Of a stretch of DNA of 64,000 bases, positions 43,812 through 53,054 are shown in pieces. The stretch is from assembly GCA_963719085.1 (NCBI GenBank), contig CAVRAL010000005.1, positions 128,001 to 192,000 of the forward strand, in the 5' to 3' direction. The notes under the pieces are model-generated. The model saw only the letters and a program-made list of their open reading frames with translations, searched no databases and was not told where the DNA came from. Position 1 is the stretch's first letter. Each line of letters starts with the position of its first letter. This stretch comes from a candidate division FCPU426 bacterium (GTDB lineage: Bacteria > Oederibacteriota > Muellerivitia > Muellerivitales > Muellerivitaceae). A program made the position numbers and the translations under genes.

Positions 43812-44321
43812 TTAGAAGTAATAATGCGCGCCTAATTCGCCGTAAATATCAAAGGTGGAATTCCCGCCATTGGGGAACCAAAGCGTCGGCACGGCCTGAA
43901 GATAGATATCAATCGGGACGTTGCGTTTGTCGAAGATGTAGGAGATACCCACGGGCAACCGAGCGGCGATTTCCACCGTGTTCTCCAGCACCAAGTTTCC
44001 GCCTAATCCGATGTAAAGCGGCATCTCGCCGTTCTGAATCTGGATAATGTCAAAATTGTGCCAAAGGTAATCCAACTGCAGGATCGCCGTTCCACCCTCG
44101 TCAAACTTCACCGCCGGTTGAAACGCGTTTTCCCGATCGACCCAAATTTTGCCCGTAATGCCCCAGTTTCCCGGTTGGCCGAATTCCACGCCTAGGCCGA
44201 AATTGCCGCCATCGTTCGTGGGGTGATAATCCGAATATTCCGCCCGGACCGCCAGCGGCGTCAAAAATAATCCCGTCGCCAACAAGGCGGCGGATAAGCT
44301 TTTTTTAAAATTGAAAGACAT
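43812..44321 (-). CDS. Small outer-membrane beta-barrel protein
   Basis: Signal peptide. FGLGVEFGQP...GITGK, DYLWH, RLPVGISY and C-terminal HYYF. Confidence 0.8.
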   Translation of the reverse strand: MSFNFKKSLSAALLATGLFLTPLAVRAEYSDYHPTNDGGNFGLGVEFGQPGNWGITGKIWVDRENAFQPAVKFDEGGTAILQLDYLWHNFDIIQIQNGEMPLYIGLGGNLVLENTVEIAARLPVGISYIFDKRNVPIDIYLQAVPTLWFPNGGNSTFDIYGELGAHYYF

Positions 44322-44409
44322 TGCTTCCTCTTTTCATGCGGCTGTTGTTGGTGATTAAAAATCCGAAACCGAACCCCTGCCCTCGTAGGACAAAAGCCTT
44401 GCGACAAAC

Positions 44410-44769
44410 CTACTTGGCGGCCGCGGGCGCCGCCTGCTTCACATCAGTTCCCTCGGTCGGAAATTCGGCGTCCGACCATTCCTTCATTCCGCCCGGATAA
44501 TCCTCTGCCTCGAACCCCCTGGCCTTGAGGGCCTTGGCGGCCTCCGGACCCGCGTTGCACGTAAACCCGGCACAATAAGTGATCAGAAACCTAGTTTTTC
44601 CAAAACGCTTTTCGGCGGCTTGGACGAAATCCTCAGCCTTGAGTCCCAAGGGAAGGTTTTCGGAGCCCTTGATATGAAGCTTGGCGTATTCGGCGTCCGA
44701 AAGGACGTTTAAAACCACGACATTCTTTTCTTTCATCTTTTCCATTACGGCTTCTTTAGTCATGGACAT
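44410..44769 (-). CDS. Single-domain rhodanese-like protein
   Basis: HIKGSENLP, ITYCAG and YPGGMKEW. Confidence 0.88.
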   Translation of the reverse strand: MSMTKEAVMEKMKEKNVVVLNVLSDAEYAKLHIKGSENLPLGLKAEDFVQAAEKRFGKTRFLITYCAGFTCNAGPEAAKALKARGFEAEDYPGGMKEWSDAEFPTEGTDVKQAAPAAAK

Positions 44770-44816
44770 AGGCTTTACCTCGCTTCGCTTTCCAGGCATC
44801 GGATGAGGTCCTGTAA

Positions 44817-44832
44817 AGCAAGTCTCATACCG
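44817..44832 (-). promoter_or_regulatory. sigma54 -24/-12 promoter for the rhodanese...dps...cls run
   Basis: Minus strand CGGTATGAGACTTGCT (GG-N10-GC), about 50 nt upstream of the ATG. Confidence 0.65.
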
Positions 44833-44938
44833 CCGGGGTAAACGAACACCGATTGAGCCGTTTTGTGGGCAGGCTTGCGTAAAAAACGATTTCGGTGGTT
44901 GCGTAAAATTATCGGCGGATATTTGAGGGAGGACGGTC

Positions 44939-44974
44939 TATCACTTTGATCGGTCACGGACTATCAATTTGACG
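44939..44974. promoter_or_regulatory. Paired putative enhancer (UAS) sites
   Basis: TATCACTTTGATCG (44939) and TATCAATTTGACG (44962). The first recurs exactly at 63444. Confidence 0.55.
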
Positions 44975-45202
44975 CGAGGAGTGGGCAATGCGGCCTGTCG
45001 GCGGCAAGTCCAGGAAAGCTGAATGCCCCTGGTGATCAAGGGTGGAATCCACCGGGCCGCTTTTCCCTTGGCCCTCGTATTTCATCGCCACAAAGATGAC
45101 CAAAATCATCAGGCCCACCGTCGCCCAGTAGGAAAAACTGACGCCTCTTTTCCGCCGGGGCGGAGGGTATAAAGGCTTTAGATCTTTTTCCTCGTCTTTC
45201 AT
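44954..45202 (-). CDS. Small single-pass membrane protein
   Basis: One transmembrane helix. ATG overlaps the upstream stop (ATGA). Confidence 0.6.
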   Translation of the reverse strand: MKDEEKDLKPLYPPPRRKRGVSFSYWATVGLMILVIFVAMKYEGQGKSGPVDSTLDHQGHSAFLDLPPTGRIAHSSRQIDSP

Positions 45203-45819
45203 TTCCGCTCCAATGAGATCCTGTAATGGACCACGACCTTGTCATCCGTAGTCAGAATGACGGCCGCGCTGTAGGGTGAAATGCCGTAATCCTTCTGGGA
45301 AACGTCCTGACTTCCGTATATCTGGATACCCCCCGTCCCGAGCACCATCGTGGGCTCCAAAACCACCGCCTTCTCAACTCCGCCGATCCTTAACCGGCCA
45401 TAAACCATCAGGGCAAAAGTATTGAGGCTTCCCGGATAGGCCTTGATCACGTAATTCTCCAGGTTGAAAACAATATCGGGGAAATCCTCGGACTTAAGTT
45501 TTTCATAGGCGTTCAAATCCATATTGCGGTCGCCCGACTTGAGGCTTTTCACCGGGAGGGTCACCACCAGCCGGTGTCCCCGGCGGTTGAGGATCACGGC
45601 CAATAAGGTCTTAAGCGTGGAACCCGTATTCAGGTCGCTTTGGACCGAAATTCCCTCGGCCGTGAGGTAATAGCGCTGGAGCGAGGAATTTCCCTCAAGC
45701 CAAACCTGGGCCTGGATCAGGGAATCCGGGGCCGGTTTTACCTCGGCCTTCGAGGAACAACCCGGCGCCACGGCCGCCAAGGCCAAAACCACCGCCAAAA
45801 ATAAACCCTGCTTTTTCAT
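45199..45819 (-). CDS. YceI-family lipoprotein
   Basis: Start MKKQG, lipobox-like APGC. SLKSGDRNMD...FPDIVF and QKDYGISP. Confidence 0.8.
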   Translation of the reverse strand: MKKQGLFLAVVLALAAVAPGCSSKAEVKPAPDSLIQAQVWLEGNSSLQRYYLTAEGISVQSDLNTGSTLKTLLAVILNRRGHRLVVTLPVKSLKSGDRNMDLNAYEKLKSEDFPDIVFNLENYVIKAYPGSLNTFALMVYGRLRIGGVEKAVVLEPTMVLGTGGIQIYGSQDVSQKDYGISPYSAAVILTTDDKVVVHYRISLERK

Positions 45820-45880
45820 CGTCCTAACCTTTTCATGCGATTCCCCTCGAGTTAAAAGCAATCTCCTGCTGCACCCACAA

Positions 45881-45896
45881 AGCAAGGAACGTGCCT
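45881..45896 (-). promoter_or_regulatory. sigma54 -24/-12 promoter upstream of the YceI lipoprotein gene
   Basis: Minus strand AGGCACGTTCCTTGCT, close to consensus TGGCACG-N4-TTGCW. CGATCAAAATGATC lies upstream at 45976. Confidence 0.8.
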
Positions 45897-46193
45897 CTCC
45901 CTGTCGGCCGGCCCATCATTCCGAACGGGCTAATAAAGAAAAATAGAATCATGGATGAAGCTAGCGCCGTCGAAGCGATCAAAATGATCTCCACTTATGT
46001 CATTTCGGTTAATTTCGGGGGCCACACCCTCGAAAGGGGCACAAAACAAGTCAACCGCCCCCGGGACGAACGGCTCGCTTCTTGCTTTAAAAGAAGCGTA
46101 TTTCTTTTTCTCGCGGCCGAATCGGCGGTCCATTTTTTAAATCCATCCAGCTGAAAAAGACAGGTCGATCATGAAAATCCGGGGAGTGAAAAA

Positions 46194-46892
46194 ATGATAA
46201 CCGTTCGAAAATCCGAGGAACGCCGCCATATCGTCGCCGGGAGCCAAGCCACTTGGATGACCTTTGATTGGGAAAACACCGCAGACCGCTTCCGGGAAGG
46301 ATTCGGCGTCCTCAAGATTTTCAACGAGGAAATTCTTTCGCCGGGCCGGGGCTTTATTCTTCATACGCACAAGGACATGGTGGTAGTCACTTATGTCCAA
46401 GAAGGCGTAGTGGTCTTCAATGGGCCGGGGGAAAGGACGGGCCTATTAGCCTCCGGAGAAGTCCAGCAGATGAAGATCACGACCGGAGCCAAACGATTCA
46501 CCTTCAACACCATGCCCGATGACAATGCGCATGTTTTCCAAAGCGGTTTCGCGCCCGGGACGGATACGGAAGAAATCGCCGGGGAAAAAAAGCTCTTCAC
46601 CCTGGCGGAGCGCCGAGGGATCCTCCGGCTGATCGCTTCCCCGGACGGGAAAGAGTCTTCCTTGAAGATCCAGCAGGACGTTCAAATGTACTCCACGCTT
46701 TTGCATAAGGGAAACCACATGATCCACGAAATGAAACCCGGGCGAAAGGCCTGGCTCCACGTGGTTTCGGGCAAAATATTGTTGGACGGGCTGGATCTTA
46801 AAACAGGGGACGGCGTCGGGCTCTCCGAGGAAATAGCCGTTTCTTTCACAGCCCAGGAACCCACCGAGATTTTGCTTTTCGACCTGCCGTAA
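46194..46892 (+). CDS. Pirin-family protein (YhhW/YhaK-like)
   Basis: MITVRKSEER, FGVLKIFNEE, HTHKDM, LIASPDG and IQQD. Confidence 0.88.
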   Translation: MITVRKSEERRHIVAGSQATWMTFDWENTADRFREGFGVLKIFNEEILSPGRGFILHTHKDMVVVTYVQEGVVVFNGPGERTGLLASGEVQQMKITTGAKRFTFNTMPDDNAHVFQSGFAPGTDTEEIAGEKKLFTLAERRGILRLIASPDGKESSLKIQQDVQMYSTLLHKGNHMIHEMKPGRKAWLHVVSGKILLDGLDLKTGDGVGLSEEIAVSFTAQEPTEILLFDLP

Positions 46893-46911
46893 CTTAATAA
46901 GCAAAACCTTT

Positions 46912-47026
46912 TTTAACCATAGATGCACACGGATGCACACAGATTACAAAATTAAATATTTTTTTCCTTTGTTGGTTTTAAGGCTTGAACCCAATCTGGG
47001 CTAATCCGTGTGCATCTGTGGTTAAA
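46912..47026. repeat. Long imperfect inverted repeat (REP-like) between convergent genes
   Basis: 34-nt arms at 46912-46945 and 46993-47026 match at 29/34 positions and are built from 10-bp RGATGCACAC units around an AT-rich loop. Confidence 0.8.
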
Positions 47027-47052
47027 CCATTTTATTTTTCGTTTCTGTGGAT

Positions 47053-48681
47053 TTATTCCTTCAATCGATCCAGCAACTTGTAGGCCTTGAGCTTGCGGTA
47101 AAGCGTCGCCACGCCCATGCCCATCAAATCGGCGGCCATCCGGCGGTTGCCCCCGGTTTTTTCCAAGGCTCCCAGGATGCAGTCTTTTTCGACGTCCTTC
47201 AAAAACCGCGGCACTCCCTTATCCGAAACCAATGGCAGTACCAAGCGAACCTCCGGGGGAAGATCCCCCACATCCACCCGCTTACCCTTGGACACCGCGA
47301 CCGCCCGTTCCATGGCGTTGGCCAACTCACGCACATTTCCGGGCCAAAGATAAGTTAATAATTGGTCCGCTGCCGCCGCGGTCAAACCCTCCACGTCCCG
47401 TTTCATCTGAATGGCGGCGTCCGCCAAGAGCAGGCGGGCCAAGGGCAGGATGTCTTCCCGGCGCCCGCGCAAAGGCGGAACCGCCAGCTCCACCACATTC
47501 AAACGGTAGTAAAGGTCCTCCCGGAATAGTTTTTGCGTGATTTCGTTTTTTAAATTCTTATTGGTCGCGCTTAAGACCCGCACGTTGATGGGACGGCTTT
47601 TATTTTCCCCGACCCGCCGCACTTCCCGTTCTTGGATCGCCCGAAGTAGTTTCACCTGCATGGGCAGGGAAATTTCACCGACTTCGTCCAGCAAAAGGGT
47701 ACCGCCGTTGGCCGCCTCAAAAAGACCCGGCCGATCCGACGTGGCGCCCGTAAAGGCCCCCCGGGCATGCCCGAAAAGTTCGCTCTCCAATAAGGTCTCG
47801 GTGATGGCACCGCAATTGACGGCAATGAAGGGGCCGTCCGAATGGGCGGAATGGTCATGGACAAAACGCGCGATCCGTTCCTTGCCCGTGCCGCTCTCCC
47901 CGGTGATCAACACCGTGGAATCGATGGGGGCGATCGTCTTGGCCAAATCCATGAGCTTGCGCATATCGGGACTGCGCGCCATCAAATCCGCCGGGTCGTC
48001 CGGTATTTTTGCCAGGACGGCCAGTTTCCTCTTTTTGTCCCGCAGCTCCGTCTCGGCGTTTTTCAAACGGTTCGTGACATCCCGCAGCGCCTCGTCTATT
48101 TCCACCCGTTTAAAAACCGCCACATCCCCGCCCGATTGGCTTTGCCACTCGGCTTCGGATTTGATCATCACATGGCAGACCGGATCGCCCTTGCCGATGC
48201 ATTTGTCCTCGAGCGCGAAAAGATCCTTATCCAGGGAAAAACTCAAATAACCGCTGATGAAACCGCAAAGGTTCCAACAAACGGGCTTGTCCGACCGTCC
48301 CTTTAAAAGCAATTGCTGTTCCGCCTCGTAAGAAACGCGCCAAGTCCCGCCTTCGGGACCGAAAACGTCCAGGCTGTCGGGATCTAATAAAAAAAGCCCC
48401 TGGAGCGCCAGGATTCGGGCGCCTGCTCGGCGCCAATCCAACTCGCTGTCCCATTTGAATTTGGATTTCAAAGCCATGGCCATTCGCCGGCCGTGGATAT
48501 ACCCAAAACGGCTCATGATGCCTTGGGCGGTCCTTTCGCCGAATGAATCGACTAATTCTTTCTGGAGCAGGCCATGGGAAAGCGCGTCACAAATGACGGC
48601 TCTTTGGCCCGCGAAGCGGACTACGCCCTCCTCGGGTTTCAGCTCTAAAAGTTCCTTCAAGTCCAAATCTTCAGCTCGCAT
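47053..48681 (-). CDS. sigma54-dependent enhancer-binding activator (XylR_N + V4R + AAA+ + Fis HTH)
   Basis: GESGTGKE, ESELFGH, GAFTGA, FREDLYYRLNV, WPGNVREL and TLYRKL. V4R cysteines (CWNLCG, CIGKGDPVC). Confidence 0.95.
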   Translation of the reverse strand: MRAEDLDLKELLELKPEEGVVRFAGQRAVICDALSHGLLQKELVDSFGERTAQGIMSRFGYIHGRRMAMALKSKFKWDSELDWRRAGARILALQGLFLLDPDSLDVFGPEGGTWRVSYEAEQQLLLKGRSDKPVCWNLCGFISGYLSFSLDKDLFALEDKCIGKGDPVCHVMIKSEAEWQSQSGGDVAVFKRVEIDEALRDVTNRLKNAETELRDKKRKLAVLAKIPDDPADLMARSPDMRKLMDLAKTIAPIDSTVLITGESGTGKERIARFVHDHSAHSDGPFIAVNCGAITETLLESELFGHARGAFTGATSDRPGLFEAANGGTLLLDEVGEISLPMQVKLLRAIQEREVRRVGENKSRPINVRVLSATNKNLKNEITQKLFREDLYYRLNVVELAVPPLRGRREDILPLARLLLADAAIQMKRDVEGLTAAAADQLLTYLWPGNVRELANAMERAVAVSKGKRVDVGDLPPEVRLVLPLVSDKGVPRFLKDVEKDCILGALEKTGGNRRMAADLMGMGVATLYRKLKAYKLLDRLKE

Positions 48682-48887
48682 GTAAAGTTCCTTGGGTAAA
48701 ACATTGACCGGTTATTTGGCATTCATAAATGGCGTGGTTGGGAGGCCCGGGAGGGTTGAACCAATCGTGGATGAAAAATTGGCCCGAATTCGCTTAGGAC
48801 ATTTTGCCGGGGCTATCAATCAAAAACAAAACCGTCTTTGACCTAGATGATCGTACTCTCATTGCGAGCGTAAAGCATCAGCGCGGA

Positions 48888-49601
48888 TCATTTTGGTTGA
48901 GATTTTTTTGTCCGCCGGACTATCGAATTGATAGGCTTTTTCTTGGGCTTAGCTATTTCATCCGCGCGCTTGGAATGAGCCCGCGGCGTGAAGCGTTGAA
49001 AGTTTTCGAAAAAGTCGCGGATGGACCGCCGCAAAAACCAGACCAAGCCGCAAAGGGCGGTGCCGACGACGATGCTGTAAAGCGCCACCGGGCCCAGCCA
49101 ACTTTTAAAATGTTCCCATCGCTGTCCGAAAAAATATCCCGTGAGGGTGTAGAGCGTGGCGTAAGCCGCGGCCCCCGCCAGGTTATAAAAAAGAAAAGGA
49201 CGAAGGGGAGTTTTCCCTAAGCCCGCCAAAAGACCGGTGACCGGATGGAGCAAAGCCACGAACCGGGCGAAAAAAACGGCCTTCGCGCCGTATTTCTCGA
49301 AAAAATTTTCCAGATGTACCACCCGCTCCGGGGTGATTTGGAGCCAGCGCATTTTTTTCAGGAAAAATCGGCGGCCATAATGGAAGCCAAGCCAATAGGA
49401 ACCATTCCCCCCCAAAAAACAGGCCAGGGTCCCGGTCGCCACAACCGCCCACCCCATTAAAATCCCTTTTCCCGCAAGAAACCCGCCCCCCAACAGCATG
49501 GAATCACCCGGAATAGGCAAACCCAAGTTGTTTAAAAAGACGACGAGAAAAATTACCCAATAGCCCTGGTGGGCCAATAGCGCTTGTAACCAGTGAAACA
49601 T
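48888..49601 (-). CDS. DedA-family membrane protein
   Basis: GLPIPGDSMLL, FFEKYG, FFARFV and FLFYNLAG. Confidence 0.9.
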   Translation of the reverse strand: MFHWLQALLAHQGYWVIFLVVFLNNLGLPIPGDSMLLGGGFLAGKGILMGWAVVATGTLACFLGGNGSYWLGFHYGRRFFLKKMRWLQITPERVVHLENFFEKYGAKAVFFARFVALLHPVTGLLAGLGKTPLRPFLFYNLAGAAAYATLYTLTGYFFGQRWEHFKSWLGPVALYSIVVGTALCGLVWFLRRSIRDFFENFQRFTPRAHSKRADEIAKPKKKPINSIVRRTKKSQPK

Positions 49602-49799
49602 CCGGAAGGCTCCTTTAAACCATCACCGGCTTGGATTTGCCCGGGGCGAAATTTCGGCAAGCCAAGTTTATCACGCGGTTATTGAGGCGGAGCCGGGCCT
49701 AGGGTCTGGCCCACGACATTAGCGCCAATCCCCGGTCATTCGGCCGGTTTCTGGAAATTGATCTGATTTTATTCGCGTTGGGCCTATTTACCCGATGGC

Positions 49800-51182
49800 C
49801 TAGGCCGGCGCGTCGATCGCCGCGACGCGGACAAGTTTCTTGTTCACGAACTCCTGGATGCCCAAGCTGGAAAGCTCCCGGCCATAGCCGGAATTCTTGA
49901 TTCCACCGAATGGCAAATCCGCGGTTGTCCAAGTCGGGTGGTTGACGAAGACCATGCCCGTATCGACACAGCTTGCCACGCGCTTGCCGCGCGCCACATC
50001 TTTAGTAAAAACCGATCCACCCAACCCGAATTCGGAGTCATTGGCCAGTTCAATGGCCGCCTTCTCGTTTTTTACGCGAAAAAAAAGGGCGACAGGCCCA
50101 AAAAACTCCTCCCGAAAAGCCGGATTATCGGGTTTGATATCCGACAGGATCGTTGGCTGCATAAAAGCTCCCGTGCGGTTGATCCGCTGGCCGCCCATCA
50201 CTAGGGTGGCGCCCTTGGCGACGGCTCGTTTCACTTGATCGAGTAATTTAGTCAAGGCCCCTTCGGTGGAAAGCGGCCCCAGCGTGGTGGCTTTGTCCAT
50301 GGGGTCCCCCGGTTTGAGCGCGGCTAAAGCCGTTTTGAATTTATCCAAAAATCGGTCGGCCAGTTCCTCCACCACGATGATCCTTTTGGCAGCCACGCAG
50401 CACTGGCCGGTATTGTTCATCTTACCCCAAACCGCCCAATCCACCGTTTTCTCCAAATCCGCGTCCTCGAGAACAATGAAAGCGTCGCTGCCGCCCAATT
50501 CCATGGTCGATTTTTTGAGGTTCAGCCCGGCCCTTCCAGCAACGACTTTTCCCGCTTCCACGCTGCCGGTCAAAGCCACGCCCTTGATCCGGGGATCGTC
50601 GATCACCCGGTTCACTTGGTCGTAGGAAATGAAAAGATTGGTATAAGCGCCGGCGGGAGCTCCCGCCTCGATCCATAATTTTTCAAAGGCGAGGGCGCAT
50701 TGAGGAACGCACCCCGCGTGCTTCACCATCACCACGTTACCCGCCATCAGGTTGGGCGCGGCGAACCGGGCCAGTTGATAGTAAGGAAAGTTCCAGGGCT
50801 CCACGCCGAAAAGCACGCCAAAGGGCGCGCTTTCAATCTCCGCCTCACCCGAGCTTGGCTTAAGGGTTTGGGGCGCCAAAAACCGCTCGGCGTTTTCCGC
50901 GTAATACTCAATGATGTCCGCGCTGAGCGCCACTTCCCCGCGGGCTTGGTCGATGAGTTTTCCCATCTCCAGCGTTACCGGGGCGGCGAACTCGTCGACG
51001 CGGGCGCGCATGATCGACGCGGCTTTGGCCACAATGACCGCCCGTTCAGCGAAAGTTTTATGTTTCCAAGTTTCGAAACAGGCTTGGGCCGCGGCCAACG
51101 CCGTCTCCAACTGTTGGTCGGTGATTTCCTCGAATTCTTTTGAGATTTTTCCGTCGTAGGGATTAACACTTTGATAAGCCAT
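49800..51182 (-). CDS. NAD(P)-dependent succinate-semialdehyde dehydrogenase (Sad/GabD1 type)
   Basis: PWNFPYYQ, LTGS, MELGGSD, GQCC and EEFFGPV. Confidence 0.92.
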   Translation of the reverse strand: MAYQSVNPYDGKISKEFEEITDQQLETALAAAQACFETWKHKTFAERAVIVAKAASIMRARVDEFAAPVTLEMGKLIDQARGEVALSADIIEYYAENAERFLAPQTLKPSSGEAEIESAPFGVLFGVEPWNFPYYQLARFAAPNLMAGNVVMVKHAGCVPQCALAFEKLWIEAGAPAGAYTNLFISYDQVNRVIDDPRIKGVALTGSVEAGKVVAGRAGLNLKKSTMELGGSDAFIVLEDADLEKTVDWAVWGKMNNTGQCCVAAKRIIVVEELADRFLDKFKTALAALKPGDPMDKATTLGPLSTEGALTKLLDQVKRAVAKGATLVMGGQRINRTGAFMQPTILSDIKPDNPAFREEFFGPVALFFRVKNEKAAIELANDSEFGLGGSVFTKDVARGKRVASCVDTGMVFVNHPTWTTADLPFGGIKNSGYGRELSSLGIQEFVNKKLVRVAAIDAPA

Positions 51183-51317
51183 GATTGTGTTCCTTTCAAA
51201 TCAACAGGTGCGAGGTGAACAAATGCGGGTTTAGGTTTATTTCATAGAGCGGGCGCCCGCGCAAAGCCAAGATCAAATCGCCTGGGTCGCCCATCTTTTC
51301 CAGTCCCAAGTTTCAGT

Positions 51318-52136
51318 TCAACGGGAGCGTTTTTCCGAAGCCAATTCCTCAGCCCAATAACCCTGACGGTTGTAATGCCGGTGCAATCCAGCCTCATATT
51401 CCCGGGTCACGAGAGAATCCTCGGTGTAAGCGGGCGATTTTCGGATAGTTTCCCGGGAAAGATTGATGAATACCTTCGATTTTTCCCAGCTCACACTCTC
51501 AATCCATTGGGTGGGCATCAGCACCTTTTTTCCCGGCCACCAGTCCCCTGTATCGATTACCAAATAGCGGACCGCCCATTTTTCGTCATCGAGGATAAAA
51601 TCATCAACATGGCCGATCTCGCCGTCGGAGGCTTCCAGGGCGTGGCCCGTCACCGATTGGGTGCTGCGCAAATGCTGATCCCATGCTTTCCGAACCGGCG
51701 CGGGGCCCTTTTGTTTTTCATCCTCACGAATGAGACCAGGGGTGGTGCCCCACATATAGGGACCGCCCCAATACATCGGCCACCCGAAAAATCCATAATA
51801 TTCCTCCTCGAATTGCCGCGAGACCGGTTTGTCGCTGTCCAAGGTCGGACTATCCTCGATTTGCTTCTTGGTCAATTCAACCGTAATACTTTGCTCTTCC
51901 TCATTCACGCCGGCCAAGGCATAGGGCGAAATCAAAACCTGCCGCCCCGTCAACCAATGTCCTGTATCGGCGACCAAGTAGCGGACCGTCCAATGGTGGT
52001 CATCAAAATAAAATTCCTCAACCCGTCCGATTTTTCCGTCGTTGGCGTGCAATTGATAACCCTTCAACGTTTTTATTTTGTGGAGCATGAATTTTCCTTT
52101 CGCGGCTTGAATTAGGTTTTGTTCGATTGTTTTCAA
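51318..52136 (-). CDS. Tandem PRC-barrel domain protein (start may be the internal Met at MLHKIK)
   Basis: Two repeats of A-x-DG-x-IG-x-V-x-x-F...W-x-VRYLV-x-DTG-x-W. Confidence 0.9.
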   Translation of the reverse strand: MKTIEQNLIQAAKGKFMLHKIKTLKGYQLHANDGKIGRVEEFYFDDHHWTVRYLVADTGHWLTGRQVLISPYALAGVNEEEQSITVELTKKQIEDSPTLDSDKPVSRQFEEEYYGFFGWPMYWGGPYMWGTTPGLIREDEKQKGPAPVRKAWDQHLRSTQSVTGHALEASDGEIGHVDDFILDDEKWAVRYLVIDTGDWWPGKKVLMPTQWIESVSWEKSKVFINLSRETIRKSPAYTEDSLVTREYEAGLHRHYNRQGYWAEELASEKRSR

Positions 52137-52148
52137 CTCCCTGAAAAA

Positions 52149-52238
52149 TTAGGGATTGGTCTTTTCGGGCAAAGCGGCCAGGTCATTAGCGTGCTCCTCT
52201 TCCAACCTCAAAATGGTTTCCACCAGTTGGCCCGGCAT
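52149..52238 (-). pseudogene. Possible remnant of a ferritin-like (bacterioferritin-type) C-terminal helix
   Basis: MPGQLVETILRLEEEHANDLAALPEKTNP*. Carries an E-x-x-H motif and is preceded by an in-frame stop. Confidence 0.35.
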
Positions 52239-52363
52239 CCATTAGTGACGGCCCCCTTCTGGATATGTTTCGTGCCCTTTCGCAGATATCTTGGAGGTTT
52301 TGGGCAAAATTGCCTTTAGGCATAAAGTATCCATTATTCATAACCGTTGCGGACCTTAGCTAA

Positions 52364-52379
52364 AGCAAGGAACATGCCC
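52364..52379 (-). promoter_or_regulatory. sigma54 promoter (leftward, toward PRC-barrel and SSADH)
   Basis: Minus strand GGGCATGTTCCTTGCT. Confidence 0.75.
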
Positions 52380-52567
52380 TTTGGCCTTGGCGCGGCTGCC
52401 CTCCCAAATCCCTTCTAATCGACAATGGAAAACCCCATCGAGGATCGGCCGAGGGCCCGGGAGTACTTTTCAGCGATCGCCGAAGAATCAAATCGATATT
52501 TACGCTCTCGCTTTGATCTTTCCGCGAATAATCTCATCGAAATTCCATCTTCAACTCCAACCACATA

Positions 52568-52583
52568 CGGCTTGTTTCTTGCT
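52568..52583 (+). promoter_or_regulatory. sigma54 promoter (rightward, toward DUF2934 and glucan synthase)
   Basis: CGGCTTGTTTCTTGCT (GG-N10-GC), about 60 nt before GTG 52642. Confidence 0.6.
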
Positions 52584-52641
52584 TCACTTATAGAAGAAGT
52601 GCCGGGCCGAAAGACTCGAGTTACCATCAAAGGAAGTTCCT

Positions 52642-52839
52642 GTGTCCAACCTAAAAATCGTCAAAAACACTCCCTCTCCCAGCCGCGCGGAAACAACCCA
52701 ACAGATCGAGGAAACCGCTTATTACAAATGGTTGGACCGCGGGCGTCTTTCACAAGTCTCCGACGAAGTCAACGATTGGATCGAGGCCGAAAAGGAAGTA
52801 AGGGCCCGGCTCAAAGCCGCTCCCCACGGTCCCTCGTGA
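52642..52839 (+). CDS. DUF2934-domain small protein
   Basis: IEETAYYKWLDRGR...DWIEAEKEV. Confidence 0.85.
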   Translation: MSNLKIVKNTPSPSRAETTQQIEETAYYKWLDRGRLSQVSDEVNDWIEAEKEVRARLKAAPHGPS

Positions 52840-53051
52840 AAAGTTTCGAGTTAAACCAGCGGGTTGGTAATTTAAAAACCGATAAAGTCGGGAAAATCGC
52901 TTCCCTGTTTTTCAAAGCCCACAGCGGGGACTTCAATGGATTCGTGGTCCTTACCGATCATTACGGTTACGAGGTTTGGGACGCGTCCGTCACCATCCTG
53001 TTACCCCCGGATTTCGAAACGGCGCTCCCCGTCCCCGAAACCGAGGCCTAA
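52836..53051 (+). CDS. Hypothetical 71-aa protein
   Basis: GTG overlaps the DUF2934 stop (GTGA). It is the 3' part of track ORF 52425..53051 and ends 3 nt before the next ATG. Confidence 0.55.
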   Translation: MKSFELNQRVGNLKTDKVGKIASLFFKAHSGDFNGFVVLTDHYGYEVWDASVTILLPPDFETALPVPETEA

Positions 53052-53054
53052 CCC

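Noticed and set aside
44875..44908. Direct repeat TTGCGTAAAA twice between the promoter and the UAS
   Set aside because: It is short and I saw it only here. It could be a bending-protein or co-regulator site, but that is unsupported.
49626..49642. sigma54-like CCGGCTTGGATTTGCC near dedA
   Set aside because: The spacing is GG-N9-GC and the orientation is wrong for dedA.
52425..52835. 5' extension of track ORF 52425..53051
   Set aside because: It overlaps the sigma54 promoter and the better-supported DUF2934 gene.
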